The position numbers and the translations under genes are program-made. This document shows positions 59,876 through 64,000 of a stretch of 64,000 nucleotides of DNA, piece by piece. This DNA comes from Leucoraja ocellata (lineage: Eukaryota). The stretch lies in the NCBI GenBank assembly GCA_036785375.1, contig JAWMAR010000008.1, positions 9,486,001 to 9,550,000 on the forward strand, given 5' to 3'. How positions within the stretch are numbered: the stretch's first letter is position 1; each line of letters starts with the position of its first letter. Below the pieces are notes generated by a model, which saw nothing but the letters and a program-made list of their open reading frames with translations, was not told the origin of the DNA and did no database searches.

Positions 59876-60937
59876 AGTTAATCAAAATGTAGAAATAAAG
59901 AACTGCGGATGCTGATTAATATACAAAAAGACACAAAGTGCTGGAGTAATCAGCAGGTCGGGTAGCATCTCCAGAGAACATGGATAGGCGATGGTAGTAA
60001 GTTCTGTATTCTAATAAGACTCCAAGTGTGAAAACGGTGCTGTGATTTGTTCAAACGAGGTTGGTGAGAAAAGATAACCACACATCCACACAAAATAGAC
60101 ATTGTGTTATAAAGACACTGATCTATTAACAACAGGAATCAATTAGAACTGAATTAACTTTTTTCTTAGCACATTGTAATTAGTTTGGGTTGAGAAAATA
60201 TTGAATTTTGACCTGGAGATATATCATGTGACTATAAGACTTTAAAAATGAAATAAAATATTTTCTGACTAAAGACACACACCATCAGCTGAGTGATCAT
60301 CTTTACTTATTCTCTATCAAACGTTGCCTAAAAATCACTCTACCCTGTGCAGTCCACATGCATTGCTAATTATGCTTTGTGAAGCTCATGGATTCAACTT
60401 TAGTCTGGCCAAATCTCCTCTGTGATCCCTCAATATGCATCTTTCTCTCGATTCTCTTTTATTCTCTGTAAGTTCATCTTGTTCAAGAGATTTCACTTCA
60501 ATTCACTCCTGCAGGGGTACACTTCCTGCAACTGGCTCATGCTCAACACTGCCCTCTGAGGAGTGGAAAATGACATCATGCTTGTGAATGTTATATATAA
60601 AACAACGCACTGGGGAGAATAACAGAGGCTCTGATTTTCCAACTGCACAAGATAAAAGCTGACATACCTTTCTACTAATTTAAATTCAGATCCCGCAAGA
60701 AAATGAAACAGCTGCCAGCATAGTTTGCAAACTTCACAAGCAGAGGCTCATCAATCTAATTGATCTCAATCTTTAAGAATATTAGCACATGATTTTCTTA
60801 CAACTGTTGTCAATGATGTGGTCTTGACTCAAGCACCCGTCTTGTTAAGTGATACACATGGGAATCGTGTATCTCATTTATTATTAGATATTTCACATCA
60901 ATTTCACATAACTCACCAGTAAAATCTTGCAACATTA

Positions 60938-61040
60938 CAATAGACAATAGGCAATAGACAATAGGTGCAGGAGTAAGCCATTCGGCCCTTCGAGCCAGCA
61001 CAGCCATTCAATGTGATCATGGCAGATCATCCACAATCAG
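60938..61040 (-). mobile_element. CR1 3' tail
   Basis: (CAATAGA)n followed by ggtgcaggagtaagccattcggcccttcgagcc. Confidence 0.85.
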
Positions 61041-62129
61041 TTTTGATGACGTTTCAGATTTGTCACACGATTGGAAGCCATATACTAACGAAGCTACAAA
61101 TGTAACCTGCACCCAAATTCAATTCATCTTTATGTCTAATGCATTTGCATCAATATTATTTACTTGGACCACTGAACCCGAGCTGTTTTACCTCTCTAAA
61201 AATGCTGCACCAGAAGCTTCCCAACAATGGTAACCACTACATCACAGAACAGGAGGAAGCTGTATATAGATGCTGTGCATAGGCAGACATTTGGAAAACT
61301 GTATGATTTTACTATGCATTGGGAACAGTGGTCAGAGAGAGAGAATCTTGGGAGACAGCCAGGCAGATGAACCATCACATCGACAGTAAGCAACACTACT
61401 GAAAAGATGAAGAGCATGGTACACAGGTGTTAAACAGAAAAAAGACTGCACAGTGTTAAAGATTTAGTCATTCAAAAACAAAATGGCTTTCAAGGGATTA
61501 AAATTCTCATAAACATATGGAACTGCTGGCAAATCAGGAGAGGATAGACAACAAAGCAGGGGAACCACAACTGAGCCCTTTTCTACTGAAGCTCGTACCC
61601 CCATACATTTTCATCTCCATGATAGTTCGACATCCTTTCCCCCAACCCGGGTAAGCTTCAATAGAACCTGTCAAATCGTATAGTATAAATATTAGTGATC
61701 TGTGAAATATAAAAAATTAACAACGTTATTTAATAACTATGGGATGACCTGGACTCACCACACCAAGGGCTAAAACTGTGATGTTGTTATCAGTCTATAA
61801 TTTTTTTCTTTGATTAAGATAACAACTAATTGGTTTCTGGATGTTTCAAAACTGGACCTTATCCCCACAGAACCTCAGGGAAGCAGTCCCAGACAAACAT
61901 TAACAACTAAACATCACAACAAGGTTCAAATTCACAAGCCATGAGTGACATCAGGCACTGAGACATGGATTTTTTGAGGCTGAGCACAAGAGAATGTAAA
62001 TTTAAAACTTTGTCCAAAAATTATCAAGTTGGCTCATTGCTTTGTAGGCAGCAAAGTCAATTTGTGTTGTCTGCTGTTTTAATTATTGCTGCCTGCCAGC
62101 CCTACTGATTGGCCACACATCTGGGATGC

Positions 62130-62345
62130 GTGCAGTGGAGCAGCTCATCATGTTTGCGCCCCGCGACCCGGGTTCAAACCTGACCTCTGGTGCCATCTGC
62201 TTGGAGCTTGCACATTCTCATCGTGGCCGGGTGGGTTTCCCCCACGCATTCCAGTTTCCTCCCATGTGCCAAATAAATGTTGGTGGGAGGTCCAGTGGCC
62301 AAGTGAATTGTACCTGATATGTATGAGAGTGGTAGAATCGGCAAA
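62130..62345 (+). mobile_element. Old V-SINE
   Basis: gacccgggttcaaacctgacctctggtgc...ccagtttcctccca. Confidence 0.7.
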
Positions 62346-62349
62346 GTTA

Positions 62350-62838
62350 AGAAGAAGGTAGGCGCCCAGCCGGGGCCTCGCAGGTTGGTTGGAGGTGCCC
62401 CACCTCGTGGGTCGGAGCCTGGGTTGGTGGAGCACCCGACGGGGCCCGCGCTGGGGCCCGGATCGGCACCACGGAGGCTTCAGGAGAGGATGCGGTGGCG
62501 TTGTGAAGAGGTCGGTGTGGCAGCCGATGACGGTGCTGACCGACGGACAGACGGACACGAGAATTAAGGGAGTCGCTGCCGAGGGAAGGAATGAAGAAGG
62601 ACCTGGCATGGGGGGACCACCGTGAGGGAGGGGGAAGAGCAATGGAGACCCGACCATTGTGGGGGGGAGGGTAGAACAATGGATAATGGGGATCCAGCGG
62701 GGGGCACTGCCGTGAGGAGTGGGAGAGGCGGGGGTGGGGGGAAGAACAAAGGGGGAACTGGCAAGGTATGCAAGCAAAGAATTTCACTGTGACTTATCAC
62801 ATGTGACAATAAAGATTTAAGTTTTCATTCATTCATTC
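62350..62838 (+). mobile_element. GC/G-rich LINE 3' UTR with (ATTC)n tail
   Basis: Degenerate tandem ccgtgaggga..gggggaagaacaa units, followed by the same tail as 58180-58320. Confidence 0.55.
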
Positions 62839-63018
62839 AGACTGTGGGAGAATAGATTTCAGTGAAAAGAAATGGGAAATGAGGTTGCTCTGTGATCCAA
62901 CGTAGACTTGATGGGCTGAAAAGCAGCTGTCTGGTGTAAGAAACTATGGAAATACCATCAGGGAGCCTGATACTTTGAGTGGTGAACACGATCCTACTAC
63001 AGTCTGCACCTCTTATAT

Positions 63019-63896
63019 AGGGGGGTTGCACGGAAGGTCACTGGGTCATAGGACTCGACACATGGAGCCGCTAAATCCAACTGGAAGACATCCGTCACTT
63101 CCGGTATATGGTATTAATATGTTATTAAACGCGTACTTTCCTACCTGTTAAAAACCGCCAAAATGTTGAATTTTTGCGCTGAAAAAAATTGTGGGAGTCG
63201 GGGTAAGTGTGAGAGACATGTATCCAACTTCAGAATTCCAAAAGTGAAGCGAAATGAAGATATAGAGAAGCGAGAACTGAAGGGACTACAGCAGCTAAAG
63301 TGCTTGGTAAACATTGAAAATATTGGGAATTATCGCGTTTGCTCACTGCATTTCATCAAGTAATGCATTATTTGTGTTTTTTCTTAATTCCTTTGGTATC
63401 TAAAAATTCTCAGAAGTGATAAATCTGGCTGTAAAGTTTTCTTCAGGTGCGTTTTCATTTTGTATGTAAAAACGCACGAGAACCATGGGCGATTTAAAGA
63501 AATTACAGCCAGATTTATCACTTCTGAAACTTTTTAGGTGCCAAAGGAATCAAGAAAAAACACAAATAATGCCTTACTTGATGAAATACAGTGAGCAAAC
63601 AGCCAATGTTCGCCAAGCACTCTGGCTGTTGTTGTCCCCTTCAGCTCTCGTTTCTATCTACCGTCATTTCTCCTCACTTTTGGAATTCTGAAGTATGCTA
63701 AATGTCTCTCATGCTTATCCCGATTGCCATAATTATTTACAGCGCAAAAATTGACAATTTCAGCGGGTTTTAACAGGCCCGCTACGCTGGAAACAATGGT
63801 AAGTGCGTACCTGCCGTACATCGCGTGTAATCCATTTGGAGTAGCGTAGCAACAGTACGGGTCATGGGTCGTGACCCGACTGCCGTGAACCTCCCT
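63019..63896. mobile_element. Palindromic non-autonomous DNA transposon, ISL2EU/Harbinger-related, AT TSD
   Basis: AT|AGGG..GTT.CACGG ... CCGTGAACCTCCCT|AT. Arms ~63140-63440 and ~63495-63778 are inverted copies. Confidence 0.75.
63163..63359 (+). pseudogene. THAP zinc-finger exon remnant of transposase (inverted copy at 63578-63758)
   Basis: MLNFCAEKNC...FRIPKV...CLVNI...RVCSLHFI fits the C-x4-C / P / (W) / CSxHF THAP signature and is followed by GTAA. Confidence 0.75.
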
Positions 63897-63984
63897 ATAG
63901 GTGGTTCAATGTGGCTTAGGAAATGTTGGTAGTCAATTGAAAGCAAATCTGTGGGCTGATATCTTGAAGAATGCAGGAGAGTAA

Positions 63985-64000
63985 AGGGGCTGTCCCACTT
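63985..64000. mobile_element. Start of another Harbinger-like MITE (runs off the window)
   Basis: TAA|AGGGGCTGTCCCACTT. Confidence 0.6.

Noticed and set aside
62148-62787. 209-aa and 146-aa Pro-rich ORFs, CpG-island-like
   Set aside because: GC-rich repeat-derived sequence ending in a LINE tail. Stop-poor composition explains the ORFs.

Overview
This is eukaryotic, AT-rich, repeat-dense non-coding DNA, almost certainly from a cartilaginous fish and probably a skate or ray. That inference rests on abundant HE1-type V-SINEs, CR1/HER1 LINE tails and a DeuSINE/SacSINE1-like remnant. I recognised no host protein-coding exon, rRNA or tRNA, so the window looks like a large intron or intergenic region. 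The only credible coding remnants are from transposons: Penelope GIY-YIG, Rex1/Babar RT, CR1/RTE RT, Gypsy gag plus integrase C-terminus, Tc1 transposase and THAP. The most notable structures are: (1) many short Penelope-derived hairpin elements centred on minimal hammerhead-ribozyme motifs, several with their own 7-18 bp target-site duplications (TSDs); (2) an ~880-bp palindromic ISL2EU-like element built from two inverted THAP-coding left ends; (3) an internally deleted Gypsy element with short LTRs, a tRNA-Ser primer-binding site (PBS) and a 5-bp TSD, nested in a SINE; (4) Harbinger-like MITEs with doubled or asymmetric terminal inverted repeats (TIRs); (5) a local inverted duplication; (6) two Helitrons; (7) a full-length dead IR/DR Tc1; (8) an isolated 57-nt hairpin. 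Family names come from recalled consensus similarity, not database searches, and boundaries of old repeats are approximate.
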